64,000 nucleotides of DNA from Alphaproteobacteria bacterium (GCA_018401675.1 JAGYKM010000003.1:102161-166160); one strand, 5' to 3'. Shown: positions 42,713 through 53,085, counted from the first letter of the stretch. A program made the numbers and translations. Notes: generated by a model from the sequence alone, not told the origin.

Positions 42713-44086
42713 ATGCCTTTTAAACCTTCTGAAAAGCTTTTTGGAACAGATGGCGTACGCGGAAAAGCCAATATTTTCCCAATGACTCCAGATACGGTTT
42801 TGCGCTTGGCACAATGTGCTGCCGCGAGTTTATCTCCCCATCCTGGGTACCATGGGGTGGTTATTGGAAAAGACACGCGGCTCTCAGGATATATGATTGA
42901 ACCAGCCCTTACGGCAGGGTTTATTTCTATGGGCTTGGATGTGTTTTTAGTAGGGCCTTTGCCCACGCCAGCTATTGCCATGCTTACGCGTTCTTTACGG
43001 GCTCAATTGGGTGTTATGATTTCAGCTTCTCATAATCCTGCTTCTGATAATGGCCTTAAATTTTTTGGAGAAGACGGATCAAAGCTCTCTTGCGCCGTTC
43101 AAGACACTATTGAAAAATTGTTTCACCAAGATCATCCCTTTCAGCTCGTTGGTTCTACGGATCTTGGCCACGCACGAAGACTCGATGACGCACCTGGCCG
43201 GTACATCGAATATGTAAAGAGCGTTTTTCCAAAAAAACTAACCCTTGAGGGCTTAACCATCGTCTTAGATTGCGCCAATGGTGCCGCGTATAAAGTAGCC
43301 CCTCTTGTTTTTAAAGAACTGGGCGCCCATGTGATTACCATTGGCGATACTCCTGATGGTCACAATATTAATGACGGATGTGGGGTTATGGACCCAGGCG
43401 CCCTTATTGAGGCTGTTTTAGAACACAAGGCTCACATGGGCATCGCCATGGATGGCGATGCTGATCGTCTGCTTATGGTGGATGAATACGGTAAGCTCAT
43501 CAATGGAGATTGCCTGTTAGCCCTTCTTGCCCAATCCTATGATGAAAAGTCCCTTCTTCAAAAGCAAGGCGTAGTGGGCACTGTTATGTCAAACTTAGGG
43601 CTTGAGGCTTTCTTGCAATCCATAAATCTTCATTTAATTCGTACGCCAGTAGGCGATCGGCACATATCCGATTACATGCGCACTCATGGGTACAATGTGG
43701 GTGGAGAACAATCAGGTCACATTATCATTGGCGAGGAGGCTACTTCTGGTGATGCTTTGTTATCCGCTCTACAAGTTCTTGCCGCTCTTTTAGAAAGACA
43801 AGTTCCCGCCAGTTATCTCTCTTCACTTTTTACCCCTTTTCCTCAGATTATTAGGAATATTTCCCATGTAAGCGCCCAAGCGCTTGAACAAGAACGCGTG
43901 GTGAAAGTGGTTAATAGCGTTAAAGACCGGTTGGGATCTAAGGGCAGGATTCTGATTCGTCCTTCTGGCACAGAGCCGCTTTTGCGCATCATGATAGAAG
44001 GCGAAGATGATGCCTTTATTCAAGAACTGGCTTGTGAAGTAATTGAAGTTTTAGAATTTGAAAAAAACCTTCACCAGGCTCTTTAA
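42713..44086 (+). CDS. glmM: Phosphoglucosamine mutase
   Basis: FGTDGVRG, ISASHNP, DGDADR and RPSGTEP. Confidence 0.97.
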   Translation: MPFKPSEKLFGTDGVRGKANIFPMTPDTVLRLAQCAAASLSPHPGYHGVVIGKDTRLSGYMIEPALTAGFISMGLDVFLVGPLPTPAIAMLTRSLRAQLGVMISASHNPASDNGLKFFGEDGSKLSCAVQDTIEKLFHQDHPFQLVGSTDLGHARRLDDAPGRYIEYVKSVFPKKLTLEGLTIVLDCANGAAYKVAPLVFKELGAHVITIGDTPDGHNINDGCGVMDPGALIEAVLEHKAHMGIAMDGDADRLLMVDEYGKLINGDCLLALLAQSYDEKSLLQKQGVVGTVMSNLGLEAFLQSINLHLIRTPVGDRHISDYMRTHGYNVGGEQSGHIIIGEEATSGDALLSALQVLAALLERQVPASYLSSLFTPFPQIIRNISHVSAQALEQERVVKVVNSVKDRLGSKGRILIRPSGTEPLLRIMIEGEDDAFIQELACEVIEVLEFEKNLHQAL

Positions 44087-44227
44087 TATTCTTTCATAAA
44101 TAGCCCTTCCTCAGTTGATAAGACAATTGTCATACTCACCTCATAGAGTGTTTGATTGGTTAGAAAATTGTTGCTAGGGTACCGCTCAGAAACTCTATTT
44201 TTTTCCCTCTTTTTGTGAGCCACAAGA

Positions 44228-44572
44228 ATGCCCCAAAGACTAGAAACAAAAATCACTCAATTATTAGACAGTAAAAAAGCTATGGACATTCGTGTCATTC
44301 CCATGGCCCACCAATCTAGTCTCATGGACACCATGATTATTGCCACAGGCACCTCGACTCCCCACTTATCGGCTTTGGTCAAAAGCCTTTCTTCTTTATA
44401 TGCCGAAAGTGCCCCGTTGTCCGTCTCTGGACTTTCAGGCAGTTCATGGGTTATCGTGGACTTTGGGCACATCGTGGTTCACCTTTTTACCCAAGAGACC
44501 AGAGAGTTCTATGCTTTAGAGTCCATGTGGCATCCCGGAGCCTTCCAGTCGGATACCAAAGGAGTTTTCTAG
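44228..44572 (+). CDS. rsfS: Ribosome silencing factor
   Basis: LDSKKAMDI and WVIVDFGHIVVHLF...REFYALESMW. Confidence 0.95.
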   Translation: MPQRLETKITQLLDSKKAMDIRVIPMAHQSSLMDTMIIATGTSTPHLSALVKSLSSLYAESAPLSVSGLSGSSWVIVDFGHIVVHLFTQETREFYALESMWHPGAFQSDTKGVF

Positions 44573-45013
44573 ATGAAGCTCCAAATACGTGCCAGCGGGA
44601 GTATTAAATCCCCCCCGCTCAAAGAGCTGTGTACTTATTATCAAAAACGCATGGTCCTCCCTCTTGAAATCCTGGAAGTGCCTTCTCAGTCGTCAAAAAA
44701 AACCACAAGTGCTTTTTTGGATCATAGATCTCCTGACTCGCTTACCTATCTTTTGGATGAAACTGGAGATAACTTACCAAGCCTTGAGTGGGCCCGACTC
44801 ATAGAGAAAGCTCAAATCCAAGGGCTTAAGTATATCTATTTTTTAATCGGAGACGCTCATGGATTTGATGAGCAAACCCTCAATAGCTGCCCTTTGCGTC
44901 TTTCTTTTGGCGCACAAACATGGCCCCATGATTTAGTCAGACTCTTGCTCCTTGAACAGCTTTATCGGAGTCAACAAATCCTTTCCAACCACCCCTATCA
45001 TAAACAAGGATAA
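44573..45013 (+). CDS. rlmH: 23S rRNA (pseudouridine1915-N3)-methyltransferase
   Basis: FLIGDAHG, LSFG..TWPH and LLEQLYR...HPYH. Confidence 0.95.
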   Translation: MKLQIRASGSIKSPPLKELCTYYQKRMVLPLEILEVPSQSSKKTTSAFLDHRSPDSLTYLLDETGDNLPSLEWARLIEKAQIQGLKYIYFLIGDAHGFDEQTLNSCPLRLSFGAQTWPHDLVRLLLLEQLYRSQQILSNHPYHKQG

Positions 45014-45159
45014 GTACGTTTGGGATTTGAAGCGATGTTATCTTATGCGTTAGGTCATTTTGCTCTTCGAAAAAGTTCTGAGTGAAGCGATAGAAGAGGA
45101 ACATACATTTTTTATCAAACTCACGGTCTCTACCCAACAATTTTTTAGATAAGATAAAT

Positions 45160-48100
45160 ATGTTAGAATATTTTGCCCACAAAACAATCAAATCTCCCTT
45201 TGGTGGATTCAGTTTTTTATTCCTTTTAATTCTATTTATAAGTTCTCTTTGTCTTGGAATGGAAGATGATGGCAGTCAGTCAGAACAATCTCCAATAATA
45301 GTGAAAAAGAAGGTCCGCCCTAACGTATCCAAGCGCTCCGCAGAAGATAAATCGGAGAATTTTGACTTCTCCCTTCTCGCGCATGCACAAGGGGATCCAG
45401 ACGAATATACCCTAGTTTGTTTAGACTCACAGTTAATACCTTCAGGACAGTTAATACCTTCAGGACACAAAGTATCCAGCGATCAGGCTAAATCCTTTAC
45501 CCCGGTTAAAGATTGGATTAGCAAAGGGTTGATTCAGAAATTAGATGCAGATCCAGAAGGAAACGACCAAGATAACTCGTCTCCATTAAACATCAAGAGC
45601 CTCGCATGCGGGCCAGACAACAACATTCCCTATTACGTTGTTAGCCTCTACAAATCCACCTCCCATTTTTCTGCTGCAGCTAAGTTCACAGCCCGCCTAG
45701 AGGGCAAAGAGACATCTACCAATGAAAGAAATGAATTCCAAGCCTCCATGATTATTTTTCCTCAAGTAGAATCCACTTACGCTCTAGCTTATTTGCTGGG
45801 AAACTGGCGTCAGCTAGTTAATCTCCACGCAATTATTCAAGATTGGGGGCTACGCCTAGCTGCATCCCAACAGATTTTTAGTGACCGAAACATTAAACAA
45901 TTGGGCGGAAAGAAAAGCTCTGATTCTAATCCCACCACCCGTCGAGAAAAAAAACAACGATTAGCAAAGATAGAAAGTTTTGGTCTTGAAGTCGGCACAG
46001 AAGGTTTACAAACCTTACGGGTCCTGCCCCGTTATGCTCTTAAAACTGAGAAGCCTCGATTGGTTACGGGAGAAAATTGGTTCAAATTTTTTCTTCCAGA
46101 AGACAAAGCAGAAAACCAAGCCAAGGAAGTAACTATTGAATCTTTGAGGAAAATGGCGGATTACCTATTTGGCCTAAGTAACAGAGGACTTCAAACTCAT
46201 AAGAAATTGAAGGCTTATATTGATGTACCCGAAGAGGATCCAAAAAAAATTACGGAACTAGACGCAGTGCTGGAAAAAGTCCTAGGTGGCAAAGATGTGG
46301 CACAGCGCGTTTTTCCTGCTGATTTCATTTGGAAAACTTATGGAACTTCTCCACTGTTTACTTTTGGTGGAGCTAAGATTCGCTCCAATCTTCTGAAAAT
46401 TCTATCAGGAAAAAAACCTACTCTTGGGTCTCTAATTTCCATCCAGAAACGAGGAACTGATTCCGACGTTCAACAAGAACCCTTAGGACGAATGATCTAT
46501 ACCCTGCCTATAGAGGATAAAGACGGTAATTTTTATCGCTTTAACTGTAGCCGGTGGTTCAGCGTCGCCTCGTCAAGATTCGAGGCTATCATTAAGAAAA
46601 TGAGAGCATCCGACATCAAAATTAAAATGAATGATCTACTGCCCGACTATACACTAGAGGATGCTATGGGAGATGGAACCGGTGACGATCTCTATCAAGA
46701 AGCGCGTTATAATAAAAGAGTTATTGTTGATCTCAATAAAACAAGACGAAATAAAGGAATTTTGCTTGATCGCTTAAATATATATTTTAAGGGGGTGGGG
46801 AATAGATTTGAGTTTGGAGATATGCTTTTTTTGGGGGAGACAGGTGAAATCTTAATAGTCCATGTCAAAAGAAAAGAGGCTGGCGATATAGATCACCATA
46901 GAACTCAAGTTGAACGTTGTGCTGATTACTTAGCGACTGAATTCACCAAAGATAATGGGGGTAATATTTTACTTCAAGGGCACGTTAATGGCCTCTACAT
47001 GGCCCATGATATTTCTCTTACTAAAGTAAAGAAGCAAGGAAAACGTCTTACCCATGGAAACTATTTCGCCTGTGCTTTCGCTGATAAAAAACGAGCAAAA
47101 AAAGAAACATGGGTTGGTTTTGTAGAAACTAAGATCCTTTCCCCCGAAAACGATAAACAAAATAAGGAGATAGGACGCCTAAAGAATCTCCTCCTACAGG
47201 TCGAGTTAGACGCATTTAAGGACCATGAAGGTGAATTTACTGTAGCTCTTGATGCTTTACTCGATTGCTTTCAAGAGAATAAACGTAAGGGAAAAGATGA
47301 TTTTTCACTTGAATATGTCACCTCTTTTCTGGCAGGCACGCTCCAATGCATAAAAGTAAAACAAACTTTATTCCCTTCAGGGGTGCTTACAGAGAAAACA
47401 AGAAAAAAGATTTCAATTGTTATGGCTGTGATTGATGACAGACAAATCGAAGGCCTTCGGAAAGCTAAAAAGGATTTAGCAGTTAAGAAAAAGATACCCA
47501 AGAAGAAGGAACGGGAAGCGGCGGTGGCTAAAGCCGAAAGGGAATTAAAATCTCTTAATGCCAAAGATCGTAGAACTGAGGGAGAAGTTTTTAAAAAACA
47601 GCATCTTTGGGGATTAGATCGCACCTATCAGATCGTCCAAAGAAATGGATTTTCTTTTAAGTTAGTTATCATTAATGAAAATGCTCAGCGCCCCAATTGG
47701 GATGCCTTTGGACCCATAGTGCACGCTGAAGAAGCCAGCCTTAGTGACGATACAGAAGATGAAGAATCCGGTTCAGAGAAAGGAATAAAAAAGAAAACAG
47801 CTCGCAAAACAACTGAGCCAGATAAGCAAGAAGAGCCTTTAACCTTTGATGCTTTATGGAAAAGTAAAAAAAAATTAGGAAAGTCAACTGATCTGGATCT
47901 AGGAGAAGCACAGAAATTCACCTATAGCACTCCTGATCCAGAAAAAGGACTCTATGGAGAGTATCTGAGCTGCCCCACGGTGAGTGATGGAGACTGTTTC
48001 TTCCATGCCATATTTACGAAAGATGGAGACATTGAGGACACTGTAGTGAGCCAAGCTGCTGCCATGAGAGAAGCCCTGAGTACAGAACCTCTAGACGACA

Positions 48101-48648
48101 GCTACGTCACCGGTTGCAAAAATTTAGTTTATGAAGAATATCTTCAAATGTCCAGCACATCAAAAGCTGGCCAAATTCCAGAAGCGAGCCGAACTTTATT
48201 TCAAGAAAATAATGAATATCTTGTTGCACGTAACTACGTCCGGAGTCTGGCTCCAGATCAAGATCTACCTCCTATACTTGCATCACCATACAAGCACTCT
48301 GAAGCTGTTATAAAGGCGGCAATTACCTCGACCGAAGTGATGGACTATATGGTAAGATTCCGTATTAGTAATGGGTTATCCAGTTTCATTCCCGTTCGTC
48401 CAAACATGATGTGTCCTGCGGAGAAATTAGCATGTCAAAACAACGTGCGCGTTAACATCTTTTCTTTCAACAAGACCTCAAAGGCCTTAGATCTCATAAA
48501 AACTGCTGGGGAACCTGATGAACCTATTTACAACATCCTATTGGATGGAAATCACTATGTTGCCCTTGTCAACTCTGCCGAATCTGAGGCACGGAAGGCC
48601 GCAGTTCTGCAAATAATGAAAAATGCCAGTTACAAACCTACAAACTAA
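45160..48648 (+). CDS. Large exported protein: TIGR04141/DUF6119-like domain plus a C-terminal OTU-like cysteine protease
   Basis: Hydrophobic N-terminus; AIIQDWGLR, IESFGLE, RWFSV, LPDY..EARYN, LLDRLNI, FEFGDML and LIVHVKR; then D943-G-D-C946-FFHAI and N-H1132-Y. Confidence 0.75.
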   Translation: MLEYFAHKTIKSPFGGFSFLFLLILFISSLCLGMEDDGSQSEQSPIIVKKKVRPNVSKRSAEDKSENFDFSLLAHAQGDPDEYTLVCLDSQLIPSGQLIPSGHKVSSDQAKSFTPVKDWISKGLIQKLDADPEGNDQDNSSPLNIKSLACGPDNNIPYYVVSLYKSTSHFSAAAKFTARLEGKETSTNERNEFQASMIIFPQVESTYALAYLLGNWRQLVNLHAIIQDWGLRLAASQQIFSDRNIKQLGGKKSSDSNPTTRREKKQRLAKIESFGLEVGTEGLQTLRVLPRYALKTEKPRLVTGENWFKFFLPEDKAENQAKEVTIESLRKMADYLFGLSNRGLQTHKKLKAYIDVPEEDPKKITELDAVLEKVLGGKDVAQRVFPADFIWKTYGTSPLFTFGGAKIRSNLLKILSGKKPTLGSLISIQKRGTDSDVQQEPLGRMIYTLPIEDKDGNFYRFNCSRWFSVASSRFEAIIKKMRASDIKIKMNDLLPDYTLEDAMGDGTGDDLYQEARYNKRVIVDLNKTRRNKGILLDRLNIYFKGVGNRFEFGDMLFLGETGEILIVHVKRKEAGDIDHHRTQVERCADYLATEFTKDNGGNILLQGHVNGLYMAHDISLTKVKKQGKRLTHGNYFACAFADKKRAKKETWVGFVETKILSPENDKQNKEIGRLKNLLLQVELDAFKDHEGEFTVALDALLDCFQENKRKGKDDFSLEYVTSFLAGTLQCIKVKQTLFPSGVLTEKTRKKISIVMAVIDDRQIEGLRKAKKDLAVKKKIPKKKEREAAVAKAERELKSLNAKDRRTEGEVFKKQHLWGLDRTYQIVQRNGFSFKLVIINENAQRPNWDAFGPIVHAEEASLSDDTEDEESGSEKGIKKKTARKTTEPDKQEEPLTFDALWKSKKKLGKSTDLDLGEAQKFTYSTPDPEKGLYGEYLSCPTVSDGDCFFHAIFTKDGDIEDTVVSQAAAMREALSTEPLDDSYVTGCKNLVYEEYLQMSSTSKAGQIPEASRTLFQENNEYLVARNYVRSLAPDQDLPPILASPYKHSEAVIKAAITSTEVMDYMVRFRISNGLSSFIPVRPNMMCPAEKLACQNNVRVNIFSFNKTSKALDLIKTAGEPDEPIYNILLDGNHYVALVNSAESEARKAAVLQIMKNASYKPTN
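45430..45465 (+). repeat. 18-bp in-frame tandem duplication
   Basis: CAGTTAATACCTTCAGGA occurs twice, encoding QLIPSG twice. Confidence 0.9.
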
Positions 48649-48861
48649 ACCAAAAGCCTCTTTCCTATTTTCTTCAGCCCCCCAAGTAACCTCTAATCAG
48701 GTGGATCACCCAAAAATCATCCATTGAGCAGAATATCTATTCTAGAGGGAGCATCATAATCTCCTGTTTTTGTACAGATTAACAAGGAATTATGATGCCC
48801 TCGCTCCCAAAAAGTCAATAATTTCAATATGTTCAGGACGTTTTTTCGTCCAACTCAGGTT

Positions 48862-50013
48862 CTACATCACCCAAATATCACCCGCCCAAAGAGACTCTAA
48901 GAAATCTTTTATAGGCCATATAGTTACTTTTTTTTCTCCTAAATCCATTAGTCGTTTTCGGGGTTCACGACATACAAGATGTAAATCGTGATCCTGTTCT
49001 TTGCTCAATGCTCTAAGCCCTTTAAGATCACCAGAATGTATAGATGAGGATAATTTGATTTCTACCGCTATATTTGAAAATATGAAATCTACCTCATACC
49101 CATCCTTCGTACGCCAGTATTCAATATTCTCTCTTTTATTTTTGAGTAACTTATAGGCCTGGAGTTCCAGAAATACGTAATGTTCAAAGGCCAGCCCGGC
49201 TTCTACACCTAACATATCTTTATAGTGAAAGCGTCTTAGATAGGAAGCTAGCCCCGTATCAAATACATAAAACTTGGGGATTTCTCTGATGAGTTGTCTT
49301 TTCGTAACTTTTCGGTAAGGATATATGAAGTATCCTAGATACATATCTTCCAAAATTTCAAAATACGTCTTAACGGTATGGCTACTCACACCACATTCAC
49401 GGGCAATATTAGTAAAGTTAATCATACCTCCTTGTGAAAAACCAAGTATATCTATAAATCTTGCAAAAGATTCTCTTTTTCTAATGTCAGCCTCTGCATT
49501 AACCTCAGTCAGAATATAATCGACTAGGTAAGATGAGATATCTCTTTCTGGATTTTTGGAAAGATAGTGAGAAGGAATAAGACCATTATTAAAAATTAAA
49601 TCCCAATCAAGTTTTTGAGTCTCTGGATAACATAATGGCACAAACTGCATCCGCCTTGCCCTTCCACCCAGTAAATTAGGGACAGATTTTTTTAACCTTC
49701 TACTACTGGATCCACACAGAATGAACTGAAGATTTTTATTGTTTTCTATAAGCCAGTGTACCTCATCAAGTAATGCTGGTATTTTTTGCACCTCATCAAT
49801 GATGAATATAGAAGGACTCTCAATCGCCACCATTTCATTTCTAAGTCTTTGAGGTTCACGAAAATATGACTGGAAAACATCAGACTTCAATAGATCAATA
49901 AAAATTGCTTTCGGATACTTCTGTTTTAAAAAAGTTGTTTTTCCTGTTTTTCGCGCACCCCACAATAAACAAGATTGCCCAGTTGGTAAGTCCAGATCAA
50001 GATATCGGTTCAT
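48862..50013 (-). CDS. AAA_14 ATPase with a DUF4143 domain
   Basis: GARKTGKT, IIDEVQK, ILCGSS, LLGGRA, PKFYVFDTG, GLAFEHYV and YWRT..GYEVDFI...VEIK. Confidence 0.9.
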   Translation of the reverse strand: MNRYLDLDLPTGQSCLLWGARKTGKTTFLKQKYPKAIFIDLLKSDVFQSYFREPQRLRNEMVAIESPSIFIIDEVQKIPALLDEVHWLIENNKNLQFILCGSSSRRLKKSVPNLLGGRARRMQFVPLCYPETQKLDWDLIFNNGLIPSHYLSKNPERDISSYLVDYILTEVNAEADIRKRESFARFIDILGFSQGGMINFTNIARECGVSSHTVKTYFEILEDMYLGYFIYPYRKVTKRQLIREIPKFYVFDTGLASYLRRFHYKDMLGVEAGLAFEHYVFLELQAYKLLKNKRENIEYWRTKDGYEVDFIFSNIAVEIKLSSSIHSGDLKGLRALSKEQDHDLHLVCREPRKRLMDLGEKKVTIWPIKDFLESLWAGDIWVM

Positions 50014-50420
50014 GCCATTACCATACTTCCTATATATACAACTTTAATGAACTACACTTCAATAAAGTTAACTTATCAAGCAATTTACTATCTATCCTTT
50101 TTCTCCAGAGTTTTACAAATCCTGCTTGTTCTATCGTAAACTAGACCTAAGTGTGCCCCTCCTTTTCCTGCCTCCCCGACCAAGCCTTTTGGAATCGCTT
50201 ACCTCATCAGAACAAAACTAAAAGCTCCTTTTGAGTATTTTTGATATATACAAAAAGAGCGCCACTCCCAAGCTGTTCTTGATTTTGTTTCTTCCTTGAA
50301 AGATGGTAAGAGTTCTATATATATGGATGATATACTTCATTTACAAACGGTGTTGGCTAGGATTTCCTCACAACAAAAATCCTTTCCTCTCTCCTCTAGC
50401 ATAAAAAAGGATAAGCCCTT

Positions 50421-52040
50421 ATGGGATTAGGACCAGGCTCTTGTTTCGATGCACATTCTTACCCTAGTCCTAACGCTGCGCGCCTGAAACACCCTTTGGT
50501 TTTATGCATATTAGACGGTTGGGGTATAGGAAATCCGCATAATCCTTATAATGCCATTGCCGCGGCTCATACCCCCCATTGGGATAGGTTGATGGCGACG
50601 TATCCACATACCCAACTCCATGCCTCTGGACCAAGCGTAGGTCTTCCCGAGGGCCAAATGGGCAATTCAGAAGTGGGTCATTTAACTCTTGGATCGGGCC
50701 GAAAAATACTTCAAGAACTGCCTCGTATATCTCAAGCTCTGGCTGGAGCAGCTCTTTCTCAAAATCCAGCCTTTCATAAACTTGTCTCCACCCTTAAGGC
50801 CACAGGCGGCGCTTGTCATGTGATGGGTTTATTTTCTGATGGAGGTATTCACTCCCATCTTGCCCACCTCATCACCTATATAAAAGAACTTCATGCCAAC
50901 CAAATTCCCATATACCTTCACTGCTTTTCCGATGGACGAGATACAGAAGTCCAGGCTGGGTTAGCCCTATATACTGAATTTATTAAATCTCTGCCCAATA
51001 GCACCCCTGCCGCTTTTATCAAAGAAGCAACCTTATGTGGCCGCTTCTATTCTATGGATCGAGATCACCGATGGGAGCGCACTGAAGCAGCATACAACTT
51101 GATTATTCATGGAAAAGGACATTCTACCCGCTCTATGGCTGAGGGGTTTCAAGAAGCTTATGCTCAAAATCTCGGAGATGAAATGATTCCTCCCTGTGTG
51201 GTGGAAGGATACCCTGGAGTTCATCTCGAAGATGGTCTCTTATGTTTTAACTTTCGAGGGGATAGAGTACGTCAGTTACTATCTTCTTTCTTTAACCCCC
51301 AGTTTAGTGACTTTCCTCGGTCCTCTTTCCCTCTATTTTCCATCGGGTGTGCCGCCACGGTTTATTCAAAAGAATTGTGCCACGATATCGAAACTCTTTT
51401 CCCAAGAGAAAAAATTTCCCAAACCCTGGGAGAGATTTTAAGTGATCATCATTTATCCCAATTACGGCTGGCCGAAACAGAAAAGTTCGCCCATGTGTCT
51501 TATTTCTTTAACGGCGGACAAGAAAAGGAATTTCTAAATGAGTATCGCCTCCTTATCCCTTCCCCTAAGGCCAAAAATTATAAAGATACCCCCGAGATGG
51601 CGGCACCCCTGATCACCACTTGTTTGACTCAAGCCCTCCGGGAAAAACGATTTGATGTGATCATTGTCAATTACGCTAATGCCGATATGGTAGGACACAC
51701 AGGAGACTTTGAGGCCACGGTCCACTCTATAGAGGCCTTAGACCGATCCTTGGGAGCTATCCTAGAAATAATCCAAAGTACGGAAAGCACCTTGATTATT
51801 ACCGCAGATCACGGCAATGCAGAAGAAATGAGATCCCCAGAAGGAGGTCAGATAAAAACCTCTCATACCACCAATCTTGTGCCCTTTATTGTGGCCAACG
51901 CCCCTCATCCTATGGCCCTTCTACAAGGACCTTCTTTGTCTTTGGCGGATGTAGCCCCCACAGTCCTTGATCTTCTAGGGCTGACTATCCCCCCCATAAT
52001 GAGTGGCATTTCTCTAATCGACAAACCACCTATCTTATAA
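50421..52040 (+). CDS. gpmI: 2,3-bisphosphoglycerate-independent phosphoglycerate mutase
   Basis: ILDGWG, GQMGNSEVGH, NFRGDR, AETEK, DMVGHTG and TADHGN. Confidence 0.97.
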   Translation: MGLGPGSCFDAHSYPSPNAARLKHPLVLCILDGWGIGNPHNPYNAIAAAHTPHWDRLMATYPHTQLHASGPSVGLPEGQMGNSEVGHLTLGSGRKILQELPRISQALAGAALSQNPAFHKLVSTLKATGGACHVMGLFSDGGIHSHLAHLITYIKELHANQIPIYLHCFSDGRDTEVQAGLALYTEFIKSLPNSTPAAFIKEATLCGRFYSMDRDHRWERTEAAYNLIIHGKGHSTRSMAEGFQEAYAQNLGDEMIPPCVVEGYPGVHLEDGLLCFNFRGDRVRQLLSSFFNPQFSDFPRSSFPLFSIGCAATVYSKELCHDIETLFPREKISQTLGEILSDHHLSQLRLAETEKFAHVSYFFNGGQEKEFLNEYRLLIPSPKAKNYKDTPEMAAPLITTCLTQALREKRFDVIIVNYANADMVGHTGDFEATVHSIEALDRSLGAILEIIQSTESTLIITADHGNAEEMRSPEGGQIKTSHTTNLVPFIVANAPHPMALLQGPSLSLADVAPTVLDLLGLTIPPIMSGISLIDKPPIL

Positions 52041-52059
52041 TGGTTCAAACGAACTGTCT

Positions 52060-53085
52060 TTAGGAAATGAACTTCGGAATAGTCGCCATAATTTTATCTC
52101 TGAAGCCCCTCCGCCTTTCTAGTGAAGGCACTATAAGCCCCTTCTCGCTCATTAACCCGTCCTCATGCCACATTTCTTCTGATACTAAGGACTCGGTATA
52201 ATCAGCCAAAGATTGGTTTTTTTCAAGCATGGATCCCTTTACATAAAAATATAAAGGGCGAGCTAGGCGATATTTGGTTGAACGAATTGTGGCTAAAGAG
52301 GGTCTGATGCCATCAATCTTAATAGCCGCGAGCACGTCTTTATTCTCTTCCAAAAAGGGATATCCTAAAATCCCAATTGCTTGTGGGTTGGTATGCAATT
52401 TTTGAATGATGAGCTTGGTGTTTTCAGCCATTTCAATATACCGACCATCCTCACGAAATTGCCCACATAGTGTTTCCTTTTTACCTCCACAATCTGGTTC
52501 AAAAATGATCTCTTTTAACGCATCACGCATCCCCGATGTGGACGGAGGCCCAAAAAAGAGTATCTCCCTATTGGGGAGCTCGGGGTTAATTTGGGACCAA
52601 TGGGTATAAGGATTAGGAACCCAGCGTCCCTCTAAATATACCTCTTTAGAAAGGGCTAGAAATATCTCATGGAGCGTAAGTGAAGCGATTACCTGGGGAC
52701 TTGCCTCAATTTTTGGAATCACGGCCAAAATAATGCCGCCGTATCCTAATTTAACTTCCAAGATATCTCCCACCCCGTGACTTTTGCATAATAACGCCTC
52801 TTTATCCGACATAGGCCGAGATGAATTTACCCCCCCAGGGTGCTGTAACGAAGCCCCCCCACAAAAAAGTTTAATACCTGCCCCTGATCCCGTTTTTTCA
52901 ACAACGGGAACTTGTTTGGAATGGATGTAAAAAAGATTCTGAACCACCACCGCAGAAAATGGAAAAACGGAAGAAGAACCCACAATCCGCCCTTGGGGCA
53001 ACAAAGCCACACACACATTGCCCGCGCCAAGAAGAAAACTCAAAAAAAGAATCCATCGCCAGAACTTTCCTTTTATGACCTTCAT
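52060..53085 (-). CDS. pstS: PstS-like phosphate-binding protein
   Basis: IVGSSSVFPF, TGSGAGIKLFC, GPPSTSG and RPLYFYVK. Confidence 0.82.
   Translation of the reverse strand: MKVIKGKFWRWILFLSFLLGAGNVCVALLPQGRIVGSSSVFPFSAVVVQNLFYIHSKQVPVVEKTGSGAGIKLFCGGASLQHPGGVNSSRPMSDKEALLCKSHGVGDILEVKLGYGGIILAVIPKIEASPQVIASLTLHEIFLALSKEVYLEGRWVPNPYTHWSQINPELPNREILFFGPPSTSGMRDALKEIIFEPDCGGKKETLCGQFREDGRYIEMAENTKLIIQKLHTNPQAIGILGYPFLEENKDVLAAIKIDGIRPSLATIRSTKYRLARPLYFYVKGSMLEKNQSLADYTESLVSEEMWHEDGLMSEKGLIVPSLERRRGFRDKIMATIPKFIS

Noticed and set aside
45065-50213. Possible inverted ends of the 45-50 kb insert (GTTCTGA..AAGCGAT versus ATCGCTT..TCAGAAC)
   Set aside because: Only two 7-bp blocks with different spacing, no target-site duplication and no transposase.
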